A stretch of DNA of 64,000 nucleotides, taken from the IMG/VR virus record IMGVR_UViG_3300025529_000001, positions 1 to 64,000 of that record; one strand, 5' to 3'. This stretch comes from a virus. Positions 46,229-55,033 of the stretch are shown one piece after another. A model generated the notes under the pieces. The model searched no databases. It was not told the DNA's origin and was given only the letters and a program-made list of their open reading frames with translations. The translations under genes and the position numbers were made by a program. Numbering within the stretch: the stretch's first letter is position 1; each line of letters starts with the position of its first letter.

Positions 46229-46636
46229 CTATTTTCCATACTTCTTATTAAAATCACGATAACCCATTAATTGTTGTCTTGCAATTCCTTTTGCAATCAC
46301 ACCTGTAATCTCGGTTTTGTAAGCATATTTAAAGTCATGAAAAACAACACAATTTTGAAAATATTTGTCTATAACAACCACTGTATAAGCATCTGTAATC
46401 GCTTGACCTGCCATACCTCCAAAGCCACAAGAGGTATCTCCCCAAGTTTGCTTCCACACCTTTACTTCAAAATCTTCAAAACCTGTTCTTCCTTTTAAAT
46501 GACTGCTAAGTGCATTTATTCCTTCTTCTATACACCGTTGTAAATCACCTAAAAATTTATACATTTTATTCATCCTTTGCTTCTTGATTCTTCTATTTAT
46601 CAGAGTCATACTATGTGTTAATCTGGTTGTCGCCAA
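46229..46636 (-). CDS. Hypothetical protein
   Basis: 135-aa ORF. The true start may be the internal MNKMYKF. Confidence 0.45.
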   Translation of the reverse strand: MATTRLTHSMTLINRRIKKQRMNKMYKFLGDLQRCIEEGINALSSHLKGRTGFEDFEVKVWKQTWGDTSCGFGGMAGQAITDAYTVVVIDKYFQNCVVFHDFKYAYKTEITGVIAKGIARQQLMGYRDFNKKYGK

Positions 46637-46803
46637 GTTAAAATTTTCCCAGCACCTTCTACTACTTCACACTTAGAAATATCTCCTCTTGTTACTTCAT
46701 CTTCATTTACTATGATGTCAATTGCTTGTTGCATATCTCTAGCAATAACAACTGACCTAGTTAGATTTCCGTTAGAGAAATATTCAACTTTAAAAATTTT
46801 CAT
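46618..46803 (-). CDS. Hypothetical protein
   Basis: 61-aa ORF with a GAAAGGA RBS. Confidence 0.45.
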   Translation of the reverse strand: MKIFKVEYFSNGNLTRSVVIARDMQQAIDIIVNEDEVTRGDISKCEVVEGAGKILTWRQPD

Positions 46804-46850
46804 GATATCAATCCTTTCTTTCGTTCAACTCTGTATAATCGAATTACGAA

Positions 46851-47048
46851 TTAACTTTTAAGTTTCTTTCCATCTCGCAATCCGATTTTATAGGCTTGTT
46901 CGATAGCTTTAACAACTTCTTTGAAATCTCTTGTAAAAGTAGCATCTTCTGGTTCAACTGCATCAGACAATATCATTACAGTATCAGAACCATCAGTCAT
47001 TTTGATGTAATTAGCACATTCTTTTCCACATCCATTATTAGGTTGCAA
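46851..47048 (-). CDS. Hypothetical protein
   Basis: 65-aa ORF whose annotated start is TTG. The start is uncertain. Confidence 0.35.
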   Translation of the reverse strand: MQPNNGCGKECANYIKMTDGSDTVMILSDAVEPEDATFTRDFKEVVKAIEQAYKIGLRDGKKLKS

Positions 47049-47162
47049 TTTCTGTTCTTCCCTAGTTAATTATTGAAAAGAAACAACATTTACTTTTAAC
47101 ATTCATATCATCCTTTCTTTATTACACACCATGTTTCATTTGTTACTTAATCTTCGAATTGT

Positions 47163-47309
47163 TCAGTAACTTATTTTCCTTACTTTAACTTGTTCGTCTT
47201 TTGAAACTACATATTTGTCTTTCGCTTTAACAGCTTCTTCTTTTGTTATGAAACGTTCTATAAGATATTCCTTATTTTTATTCTTATAACTAAAGTAAGT
47301 TCCATACAT
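47163..47309 (-). CDS. Hypothetical small protein (below ORF-track cutoff)
   Basis: MYGTYFSYKNKNKEYLIERFITKEEAVKAKDKYVVSKDEQVKVRKISY, with RBS AAAGGAAAGGTGA. Confidence 0.4.
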   Translation of the reverse strand: MYGTYFSYKNKNKEYLIERFITKEEAVKAKDKYVVSKDEQVKVRKISY

Positions 47310-47379
47310 AGTTAATCACCTTTCCTTTATGTCGCAATATGATTCTACTTTGTACTTTCCTCGGAATCCGCATTAAATA

Positions 47380-47640
47380 TTAACTGTGTATTAACTTAGC
47401 TTGACCTTTAACTTCAATTTTTGAATTTGTTTTAAATATAATACTTTCGATTTCTACAACAATTCCTTCTCGCCCGTTAGGTACATAAATTAGACTTCCT
47501 AATTCAATACCTTCGCCTTCTAACTGGACGGTAAAAGAATAAATCTCTTCTTGCTTAGCTTTTAAATCCATTTTACTAATTACATCCATCCACGCTTGCA
47601 TTTTGTCATTTGCGTTCTTTTTCTTAGCCAAAATATTCAA
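47380..47640 (-). CDS. Hypothetical protein
   Basis: 86-aa ORF with an AAGGAG RBS. Confidence 0.45.
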   Translation of the reverse strand: MNILAKKKNANDKMQAWMDVISKMDLKAKQEEIYSFTVQLEGEGIELGSLIYVPNGREGIVVEIESIIFKTNSKIEVKGQAKLIHS

Positions 47641-47852
47641 CTCCTTACAATTTCTTTGAAGTGTTCATTACTTATATACTGACTGCATGACCATCATCAG
47701 TATAACTTGGTCGTATTTGTCATCTTCACAATACGCTTCATAAGCAAAAAGAGCATTATTCAAAGCATGATATTCTTCTGTTATCCATTTTTCACATTCT
47801 TCTGATGATAATGTATATTGAATAATATATACCCTTCATTTCTCCTTTACTT

Positions 47853-48191
47853 CTAAATTTTGTTCTCCAATGCTTCGCATGCTATTTTTATCGCTTGTGC
47901 ATGAATTTCTCCCTCAAAGTTATATCCGCCACCAAAAGATTCTGAATCCCAACCTAATCTATTTATCTCTTCTAACGCCTGTTTGTAGCGTTCGTTTTGT
48001 TCTCTTAATTCTTGATTTGTGACGTAATACGATTGAGCCGTATCTTTCCATTCGTCTCTTTCTTCTTCCAATTCCTTAACACGATTGATTAGCCACTCAA
48101 TATCTGAATCTGCTATACGATTAGCTATTGAATTTTCTATTGCCCATCGGTAGGCTTCTTTTATTTCTTCCAATCGTTCCTTATCAGCCAT
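47853..48191 (-). CDS. Hypothetical coiled-coil protein
   Basis: Start set at MADKERLEE (RBS GGAGGTG). Shares the RLEEIKE.Y motif with the upstream paralogous-looking gene. Confidence 0.45.
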   Translation of the reverse strand: MADKERLEEIKEAYRWAIENSIANRIADSDIEWLINRVKELEEERDEWKDTAQSYYVTNQELREQNERYKQALEEINRLGWDSESFGGGYNFEGEIHAQAIKIACEALENKI

Positions 48192-48516
48192 TTTGCACCT
48201 CCACATGCTTATCATAAATCCGTTTCACATGTTCAAATCCCTCTAAAGCACCTCTTTGCCACTGGCTTTTCGGGTTGCGTTTTACATTGCTTTTTTGCCA
48301 TCTGTATTCAAAATTAAATTCCTTATTGAATCCAGCTAAAGCTTTTTCATACTGTTTAACCTTTTCTTCCAATTCCTCAATTCGTTCGGTTTGTTTGATT
48401 AGCCAAACTAAATCTTTTATATCTACTCCAATTACTTCTACGTCATTTATATATTCCAAAACTGTAACTTCTGAATATTTTTCTTTTATTTCTTCCAACC
48501 GTTCACTATATTTCAT
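48184..48516 (-). CDS. Hypothetical coiled-coil protein
   Basis: Start set at MKYSERLEEIKEKY (RBS AAGAGGTGA). Confidence 0.45.
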   Translation of the reverse strand: MKYSERLEEIKEKYSEVTVLEYINDVEVIGVDIKDLVWLIKQTERIEELEEKVKQYEKALAGFNKEFNFEYRWQKSNVKRNPKSQWQRGALEGFEHVKRIYDKHVEVQNG

Positions 48517-48781
48517 CAATTTCACCTCTTATACACTTAGTTTTCTTTTTGATTTCTGCCACTTCTTCTACCTCATCTTCATTCAACCATATAAAATCTT
48601 CGTCATCTCGGAGGTCTTGTTCTAATCCATCATAGTTCATGAATTGAAAATATCTTTCTTCTATCACTTCCCCATCAGCATAATACTCGTCAGTTACCTC
48701 TTTAATTAATATGACGATTTCACCAACCTCAAAAGAATGTCCAAAACCACCGATTACTTTAGCTTTTCTTCCCATCTCCAT
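48506..48781 (-). CDS. Hypothetical protein
   Basis: 91-aa ORF with a GAGGTGA RBS. Confidence 0.45.
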   Translation of the reverse strand: MEMGRKAKVIGGFGHSFEVGEIVILIKEVTDEYYADGEVIEERYFQFMNYDGLEQDLRDDEDFIWLNEDEVEEVAEIKKKTKCIRGEIDEI

Positions 48782-48813
48782 ATTATCACCTCATGATATG
48801 ATGATATGATTAT

Positions 48814-48842
48814 ATTATACTACAAAATTTATATTTTGTCAA
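48814..48842 (-). promoter_or_regulatory. SigA-type promoter
   Basis: Minus strand reads TTGACA-17 nt-TATAAT. Confidence 0.55.
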
Positions 48843-48849
48843 TAGATTT

Positions 48850-49593
48850 TTATAAACTTAATTTAACTATTTCCATAATGATATTATCTAGCTTATCTTT
48901 GAGTTCTTGATTAGGTGTGAATGAATGGTATTTTTCTTTTAATTGTTTAAATTTAGCTTCGTAATAGAATTTAACAAAGTTTTCAAATGATTCTAATGTA
49001 AATAATCCACGCTTAATATCTAACATAAACTCTCGCTCTTGCTCATTGTATGTCATAGCTTTTTTAAAATCTTCGAAATCTGTATTTGCAAATCTCACAA
49101 TAAAATCTAACACCCTATACGCATGTAGTGCTTGCTTAGTATCATAACCGAATGTATCTACCAAATGTTGAGTTCCGTCAGTACCTTTCTTTAATAGTTT
49201 CATCTTGCTTAAAAACATTCCACCACAAGAATTATACAGGTGAGGAAGATTCATTTTTGAAATCTCATCTTTATTTTCAAAAATCTTGGATAGCATTAAT
49301 TTCTGCTCTCTCCCTAACTCATCATTAATAATGATTTCATTAGAAAACAACACTTCTATAAAGTTGATGTTGGCTTTATATAGGATGTTTGGCAACTTCC
49401 TAATATCATACATATCTCCTTTATATAAATCTTCAAATGTAGGCAATACAAATACTTTATAATCTCTATCAGACGTAATAAATCTATCACCTGTATTAAT
49501 GTTTTTAATCTCATCAACATTGAGATTGTAGTTATGTGAGCCTACTAAAGCTTTAAATACAAATTTTCTATCCATTCTTATAATCATTCCCAT
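48850..49593 (-). CDS. Possible nucleotidyltransferase-fold protein (PF10127-like), tentative
   Basis: N-terminal LVGSHNYNL...SDRDYKVFVLP resembles the GS...D.D minimal nucleotidyltransferase motif. Otherwise unassigned. Confidence 0.35.
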   Translation of the reverse strand: MGMIIRMDRKFVFKALVGSHNYNLNVDEIKNINTGDRFITSDRDYKVFVLPTFEDLYKGDMYDIRKLPNILYKANINFIEVLFSNEIIINDELGREQKLMLSKIFENKDEISKMNLPHLYNSCGGMFLSKMKLLKKGTDGTQHLVDTFGYDTKQALHAYRVLDFIVRFANTDFEDFKKAMTYNEQEREFMLDIKRGLFTLESFENFVKFYYEAKFKQLKEKYHSFTPNQELKDKLDNIIMEIVKLSL

Positions 49594-49610
49594 TCTTATT
49601 ATTCATATAC

Positions 49611-49639
49611 ATTATATCATTATTTTTATCTTTAGTCAA
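49611..49639 (-). promoter_or_regulatory. SigA-type promoter
   Basis: Minus strand reads TTGACT-17 nt-TATAAT with TGa. Confidence 0.5.
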
Positions 49640-49846
49640 ACAAAAAATTTGGGCGAATTGCTTAAATTTTGCAACCCACCCTGCTGTAGCTTCAAAATCA
49701 ATCCTTTACCTATTTTAATTCCACTTTTAAAAAATGTTTGTCATCTAAATAGGTTAGAGTTAACTTCAGGCTAAATTTCTTATGGCATGTTATACTTTGT
49801 ATCTTGTATTTTATGTATAACATACCCTGTTGTAATTAATTATTCC

Positions 49847-50122
49847 CTACCTTTTTTTTAGTTTCTCAATCAGTTCTTCCTTTTTCTTTTCATCATAACT
49901 CTCATATCTTTCTTCTTTATATTGATTAGAAAAATGAAGTGCAAAATCAGTCATATGCTTTTGACACAAATCAACTGGGCATGAATATTCTGCAAAGATT
50001 CTATCATTTAAATATTCAATAGAGTTCCAATGACCGTCTGCTTCTTCTCCGCAGACATCACAAATGTTTTCAATGATTTCTTTTTTTACTTGTGCCATAA
50101 AAAATCTCACCTCATATCTCAT
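49847..50122 (-). CDS. Hypothetical zinc-binding protein
   Basis: 91 aa with CDVCGEE...CPVDLCQKH. Confidence 0.4.
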   Translation of the reverse strand: MRYEVRFFMAQVKKEIIENICDVCGEEADGHWNSIEYLNDRIFAEYSCPVDLCQKHMTDFALHFSNQYKEERYESYDEKKKEELIEKLKKR

Positions 50123-50132
50123 GGTTTTTAGA

Positions 50133-50306
50133 TTAATTTTGATTATCTATAAAGGAAACACCAATTGTTTCAATAAATTTTTCTTTTGAAAGTTCAATTA
50201 TTTCTCCATTTGAATGACGGATACGTGGATAAAGTTGATTCTCATTATACTCTATACCATATCTTTCAGCAACATCTTTAACAATTTCCTTTATATCTTT
50301 TCCCAT
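50133..50306 (-). CDS. Hypothetical small protein (below ORF-track cutoff)
   Basis: MGKDIKEIVKDVAERYGIEYNENQLYPRIRHSNGEIIELSKEKFIETIGVSFIDNQN, with a GGGAG RBS. The + strand ORF 50214..50489 is its antisense shadow. Confidence 0.45.
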   Translation of the reverse strand: MGKDIKEIVKDVAERYGIEYNENQLYPRIRHSNGEIIELSKEKFIETIGVSFIDNQN

Positions 50307-50420
50307 TTTTATTACTCCCTTTTATTATTTTGTACGCATATTTATTTTTCTTCTTTATATTTAGCATCAATAGGGAATATTTTCTATCAAATTAAATATG
50401 GTTTACAGTACTATCTCGCT

Positions 50421-50684
50421 CTAATTACGCTTTCTAGTGACAGTTTCAATAATGTCTGGCAAATCTCTAAAGAGCAACTCCCATTCTAGCTTTTCAGAAT
50501 ATTTATCTGCTTTCTCTAACAGGTTGACTAGTTTTTCTTGATTTTCACGCTTAGTAATTAGTTCATCACATATCATTCTAAGTGTCTTTTTATCAATTAT
50601 TACTGCACCACCTGTACTAAATGGAAAGCATTGCTCTGGAAGGCTTTTAAGTTCTTCATTAGTTAATCTTGGTCTATTTGGCAT
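50421..50684 (-). CDS. Hypothetical protein
   Basis: 87-aa ORF with a GGTGGTGAG RBS. Confidence 0.45.
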   Translation of the reverse strand: MPNRPRLTNEELKSLPEQCFPFSTGGAVIIDKKTLRMICDELITKRENQEKLVNLLEKADKYSEKLEWELLFRDLPDIIETVTRKRN

Positions 50685-50696
50685 ATTCTCACCACC

Positions 50697-51161
50697 TTAT
50701 AGTTTATAGAGAGTAACATCATACCCGTTAAAGGCTCTTAATATAAGTTCTTCAACTTCATCCCATTTAGCTCCGCCTCTGTAACTACCAATCTTGTATG
50801 GCATAGCTACAGATATTTTATTCCTTTCTGCAACCTGTCTTACAGTTAGTAAACATTTAAACAATGCTTCTATGTCTGTGTATTGCTTACCATCATTACC
50901 AAATTTATATTGACTAAACATATTAACAACAATCTTATCTTCACTGACAACTACACCTTGTACTTGACCCAATAATGCTTTACGCAAATCTTCTCCCTGT
51001 GTATACTCATTAACTTTTTCCAAATATTCTTTATACACCTGTGGGTACTTGTTGCGAATTTGTTTTGCTACGCCCGACCCCATAACTCCCATACAGTTAC
51101 AAGCATGACATATAATATTTTCTTTAGCTTCCAACAAATCTCCATTTACAATTTTAATCAT
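50697..51161 (-). CDS. Macro-domain protein (ADP-ribose binding/hydrolase fold)
   Basis: IVNGDLLEAKENIICHACNCMGVMGSGVAKQIRNKYP and later IGSYRGGAKWDEV. Typical macro-domain glycine-rich loops. Confidence 0.7.
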   Translation of the reverse strand: MIKIVNGDLLEAKENIICHACNCMGVMGSGVAKQIRNKYPQVYKEYLEKVNEYTQGEDLRKALLGQVQGVVVSEDKIVVNMFSQYKFGNDGKQYTDIEALFKCLLTVRQVAERNKISVAMPYKIGSYRGGAKWDEVEELILRAFNGYDVTLYKL

Positions 51162-51180
51162 TATGTATCACCTCTGAAAT

Positions 51181-51209
51181 TATTATATCATAATCTTTTG
51201 TTTTTGTCA
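51181..51209 (-). promoter_or_regulatory. SigA-type promoter for the macro-domain gene
   Basis: Minus strand reads TTGACA-17 nt-TATAAT with TGa. Confidence 0.6.
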
Positions 51210-51211
51210 AA

Positions 51212-51550
51212 TCAATACCACTCATCAAGTTTTTGTAAATCCATTTGCAAGTCATCATACGCTTCTTCTAATCTGTTATTACTGAATTTACTTAAAATAT
51301 ATTCAACTTCTCCTGCAAAATCTTCATATAAAGATAATTCATTTTGTAATCTTTTGATTATTTTGATTAATACAGTAGGGTCTTGATTATATTTTTCATA
51401 AAGCATTATAGCATTGTGAGTTACTACATCATTATCCTCAATAGCTTCTCTCTTCATTCTATTCATTCTCTCCATTCTGTCAACATCTTTAGACCATTGC
51501 TCACCTTCACGTTGACCTACATTTGAATCGTACATGTTCATGTTTACCAC
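51212..51550 (-). CDS. Hypothetical protein
   Basis: 112-aa ORF. Confidence 0.4.
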   Translation of the reverse strand: MVNMNMYDSNVGQREGEQWSKDVDRMERMNRMKREAIEDNDVVTHNAIMLYEKYNQDPTVLIKIIKRLQNELSLYEDFAGEVEYILSKFSNNRLEEAYDDLQMDLQKLDEWY

Positions 51551-51672
51551 TCATTTATTCAGCTATAATTGTTAATTTATTTTTTGTAATAACATCTAAA
51601 ACCTTATCAATATGTGTTACAAAATCCAACGCTTTCTCTAATTCTTATAAACTTCATATCATCATCTCATTA

Positions 51673-51792
51673 TTAAAACACATCTTTTCGTCTTTTCTCA
51701 TATCCGTTAGTGTACCCTATTCCATATCCTATGAAAAACACACAAGTTAAAATTATTACTGTAAATAAAGTAACTTCCAGCATACTCATCAT
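51673..51792 (-). CDS. Possible 39-aa membrane peptide (below ORF-track cutoff)
   Basis: MMSMLEVTLFTVIILTCVFFIGYGIGYTNGYEKRRKDVF. One TM helix and a basic tail. Lies just downstream of the promoter at 51811..51839. Confidence 0.35.
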   Translation of the reverse strand: MMSMLEVTLFTVIILTCVFFIGYGIGYTNGYEKRRKDVF

Positions 51793-51810
51793 CTCTCTTT
51801 CTTTAATTAT

Positions 51811-51839
51811 ATTATAACATATAAGAACTTGTTTGTCAA
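51811..51839 (-). promoter_or_regulatory. SigA-type promoter
   Basis: Minus strand reads TTGACA-17 nt-TATAAT with TGt. Confidence 0.55.
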
Positions 51840-51877
51840 GCAATAAAAAAAGTTTGCCAAAAACTTTTTGACAAACT

Positions 51878-52090
51878 TCAATATTCTCCTGCTATTCTTA
51901 TTATTGGATTAAGCATATTCTTTGCGTATTCATCAAAACAATCTTCGTGAATATTGTCTCCTTCAACTTCTAAATACTCTTCGCCTTCGTAAATCTCTCC
52001 ATCACAAACTTCACAATAACAAAATGTTTTTAGATGGTTATCTGGTGTATCTAACTTCCATTTGTCGTACTGCATTTCCCATCTTTCCAT
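51878..52090 (-). CDS. Small zinc-ribbon protein
   Basis: 70 aa with CYCEVCDGE...HEDC. Confidence 0.4.
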   Translation of the reverse strand: MERWEMQYDKWKLDTPDNHLKTFCYCEVCDGEIYEGEEYLEVEGDNIHEDCFDEYAKNMLNPIIRIAGEY

Positions 52091-52542
52091 TATGTATCAA
52101 CCTCATCCATCGCTATATTTGCTAATTCATCTGCTCTATTATTTCCATCGTTATCTGCATGACCACGTACTTTGATTATTTTAATATCTTTTTGCATTGA
52201 AACTAATTCGTCAAGGCGTTTCCAAAGCTCTATATTTTCTGGCGTTTTACCATCACCTTTCTTCCAACTTCTCTTTTTCCAATCCTTAACCCATTGATTG
52301 ATACCATTTACGACATAAGCACTATCGCACATTATTTTTATTGGTATATTAGTAGTTTTTATGCATTCTAAAGACTTAATCATCCCTGTTAACTCCATCT
52401 GGTTATTTGTTGCACCAATTTCTGCACCATAAATCTCTTTTTTATGCGTTCCATATATCAAGATAGCTCCCCAACCACCTATACTATTCTCTTTTCCGTT
52501 ATTCCTACTTGCACCATCGCAGTATATAAGTATTTCACTCAT
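52090..52542 (-). CDS. rnhA: Ribonuclease HI
   Basis: IYCDGASRNNG (D), NNQMELTG (E), CDSAYVVNG (D) and RGHADNDGNNRADELA (H, D) in RNase H order. Confidence 0.8.
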   Translation of the reverse strand: MSEILIYCDGASRNNGKENSIGGWGAILIYGTHKKEIYGAEIGATNNQMELTGMIKSLECIKTTNIPIKIMCDSAYVVNGINQWVKDWKKRSWKKGDGKTPENIELWKRLDELVSMQKDIKIIKVRGHADNDGNNRADELANIAMDEVDT

Positions 52543-52561
52543 TATGTTTCCCCCTCTATTC

Positions 52562-52783
52562 TTACAGCCTTTTTCTTAATGCAAATTCTATGCCTTTTCC
52601 ATCATCTGTATTTATATATCCTTCAACTATAATTTCACTTGACTGAATGAGTGAAATGGATGGAAAAACATCTCCACTTCCCCCATTAATCTCACATTTT
52701 GTTATTACATAATTCTTATTTTTAAATGCTTTTGATATAGCATCTTCAAATTCTTTTTCAAGCTCGTATTTTACTACAATCAT
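52562..52783 (-). CDS. Hypothetical protein
   Basis: 73-aa ORF with a GGGAGGA RBS. Confidence 0.45.
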   Translation of the reverse strand: MIVVKYELEKEFEDAISKAFKNKNYVITKCEINGGSGDVFPSISLIQSSEIIVEGYINTDDGKGIEFALRKRL

Positions 52784-52980
52784 ACGATTATCCTCCCTTA
52801 GTTATATTCACTCTGTCACACAGGACATCTAAGTTTATTTGTCTTAGCTATAACCCTTATAAGCAATCATATTTCATTGTCATAGTCACAATTACACTAT
52901 ACATTTGTCGTATAATCTTTTGGGCTAATAAAAGTATTATTTTAACTAGTTCTTTGTTTAACAAAGTTGTCTCATTCTTT

Positions 52981-54720
52981 TTAAATTAAAATATAATCCT
53001 CAAGTATCAATTGTGGGATTGCTACTTTTTCTTTCTTGCTAAAATTGTACCATTCATTCATTTTTAATTCTCCAACAGCATCAATGGTGTCATAAACTCC
53101 AGCTTCATTACCATATGATTCATCAACTTTAAATTTAATTAATTCAAAGTCATCAAATGTTTTAAATTTTCTTGTCTCTTTTGTTTTCCCTAGAGTTTCA
53201 ACTTTTTCAATCATAGCTCCATTAACTCTAGTAATCACTTTAGGGAAACCATTACCTGTAACTTTATTAAATTGTTCCATAGGTTTGATATATTCTGGCA
53301 CATCTTCTATATCAATTTCAATATCATAAATAATAGTTGGTTCTGTATCTTTAAGTTCTGGAAGATTATCTTCAATATATTGTTCTAGTGCTTTAAGATT
53401 CTCTTCCTTAATCACGAAACCGCCTGCTTGTGTATGTCCTTTAGCTTCTTCAACTAATCCAGACTCCATTAAGAAATCTTGCATATTGAAACCGCCAAAA
53501 CTACGGAAACTTCCGCTAGCTGTACCCTTATGTAAACGCCCAACAAGTGCAGGTCTCTTATATGTTTGTGCTAGTTGTTGAGCGACAACACCGTTAAACC
53601 CTTTTGACGCTTGTTCGTCAAACACCATAATAACTTTTCTATTATTGTCAACCTTTGTAAGATATTGGTCAACAATTTGCTTTTGCAATACCTTTCTTGA
53701 ATCATTCAGTTTTTGCATTTTTAGTCGTAATTTCTTAGCTTCATTATCATCATCTGTAAGAAGAATGTCGATTGCTAGTTTAATATTATCCATTCGTGCT
53801 ACACCGTTTAGTAGTGGTGCGATTGTAAATCCGATTGCACTTGAATCAATCTTAAATAAATCAACTTTACCGCCTTTTAAAATTCTCACAAGTCCTACGT
53901 TCTTCATATTACGTAATCCATGCATAATCATAAATCTGTTTTCATACACATCAACCCTCATAACGTCTGAATACATTCCAACAGAAACTAAATCCATGTA
54001 ATCGAATGGGTCAACTTTTCCTTCGTCTCCTAAAATATCTTCCATTACTTGCAATGTTTTAAATACAACGCCTGCACCACTTAGGAATTTATTAGGATAT
54101 TTATCTCCTTCCTGTTGAGGATTAACTAATAAAGCATGAGGATTTTCAACTTCGATTGCATGGTGGTCTAAGATAATAATTTCAATTCCGAAATCTTCAA
54201 CCAATTTCTTACACGCTTCAACATCATTTGATGATGAATCAATAATGATTAATAAATCTGCTTGACTAATTTTTTCTAAGTTTCTATGGTTTAAATCATA
54301 TCTATACTTCTTCTCTTCATTAATGATTTTTCCATCCTCATTAACATCATCTTCATTGATAAAGTCTAGCCTTGTTTGTTCATGAATACCATGACCATGA
54401 TTTCGTTCGTTATAGATATAATCTACATTATCTGTATAATTTTTTAAATATCGATACATAATACTAGTAGAAGTTAATCCATCAGCGTCAGCGTCATATG
54501 ATAATACGATACGCTTACCATCTTTTATATATTGTAAGATTTTTTCACTTGCTTCAACAATATTCTTAATTAAATATGGGTCAAACATTTCATCTTTAGT
54601 TGGATTTAAGAATTTATTTACATCTTCAATCCCTCTAATTTTAGCAATTCTCTCCAAAATCGAATCTGTCGGATTTGGCATAACCTTCGGTGTCCTCTGC
54701 AACCATTTCACTATATACAT
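52981..54720 (-). CDS. recJ: RecJ-like DHH-family single-strand DNA exonuclease
   Basis: LSYDADADGLTS (DHH motif II), IIIDSS and ILDHHAIE (DHH motif). The start codon is uncertain because the ORF overlaps the upstream small ORF. Confidence 0.7.
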   Translation of the reverse strand: MYIVKWLQRTPKVMPNPTDSILERIAKIRGIEDVNKFLNPTKDEMFDPYLIKNIVEASEKILQYIKDGKRIVLSYDADADGLTSTSIMYRYLKNYTDNVDYIYNERNHGHGIHEQTRLDFINEDDVNEDGKIINEEKKYRYDLNHRNLEKISQADLLIIIDSSSNDVEACKKLVEDFGIEIIILDHHAIEVENPHALLVNPQQEGDKYPNKFLSGAGVVFKTLQVMEDILGDEGKVDPFDYMDLVSVGMYSDVMRVDVYENRFMIMHGLRNMKNVGLVRILKGGKVDLFKIDSSAIGFTIAPLLNGVARMDNIKLAIDILLTDDDNEAKKLRLKMQKLNDSRKVLQKQIVDQYLTKVDNNRKVIMVFDEQASKGFNGVVAQQLAQTYKRPALVGRLHKGTASGSFRSFGGFNMQDFLMESGLVEEAKGHTQAGGFVIKEENLKALEQYIEDNLPELKDTEPTIIYDIEIDIEDVPEYIKPMEQFNKVTGNGFPKVITRVNGAMIEKVETLGKTKETRKFKTFDDFELIKFKVDESYGNEAGVYDTIDAVGELKMNEWYNFSKKEKVAIPQLILEDYILI

Positions 54721-54841
54721 CTCCTAACTTTATCATAGCTTCGTTTTCATATTTGAAGTCGGCATGTGAAATTGCTAAATTAATAGCACCCATTTCCTTA
54801 TAACCTATAGCCATTTGTTTTACAATACCAAAACGTTTCAT
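54641..54841 (-). CDS. Hypothetical small protein
   Basis: Start set at MKRFGIVKQ (RBS GAGAGGAAAA). Overlaps the annotated 5' end of the RecJ-like ORF in another frame. Confidence 0.35.
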   Translation of the reverse strand: MKRFGIVKQMAIGYKEMGAINLAISHADFKYENEAMIKLGDVYSEMVAEDTEGYAKSDRFDFGENC

Positions 54842-54989
54842 GTCATTTTCCTCTCTCAAATAATTATTTTTTGCGTTTGACAAAGCTGAAAATAAAATAC
54901 GATTATTTTTTGCTTTAGTATCATAATATTCAACTTTTCTAAATATGTTACAGATGTGTAGATTTTTTCTATGTTTCTATTGTACTATT

Positions 54990-55018
54990 ATTATATCATA
55001 ATTATTTATGTTTGTAAA
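54990..55018 (-). promoter_or_regulatory. SigA-type promoter
   Basis: Minus strand reads TTTACA-17 nt-TATAAT with TGa. Confidence 0.5.
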
Positions 55019-55033
55019 AAAATGGCAAATTTC

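Noticed and set aside
47650-47830. A 55-60-codon minus-strand open frame (…YIIQYTLSSEECEKWITEEYHALNNALFAYEAYCEDDKYDQVILMMVMQSVYK) lacking an ATG/GTG/TTG start. An ATG with an RBS exists one frame away (MKGIYY…).
   Set aside because: It could be a frameshifted small gene or a sequencing error. There is no motif support, so it is not annotated.
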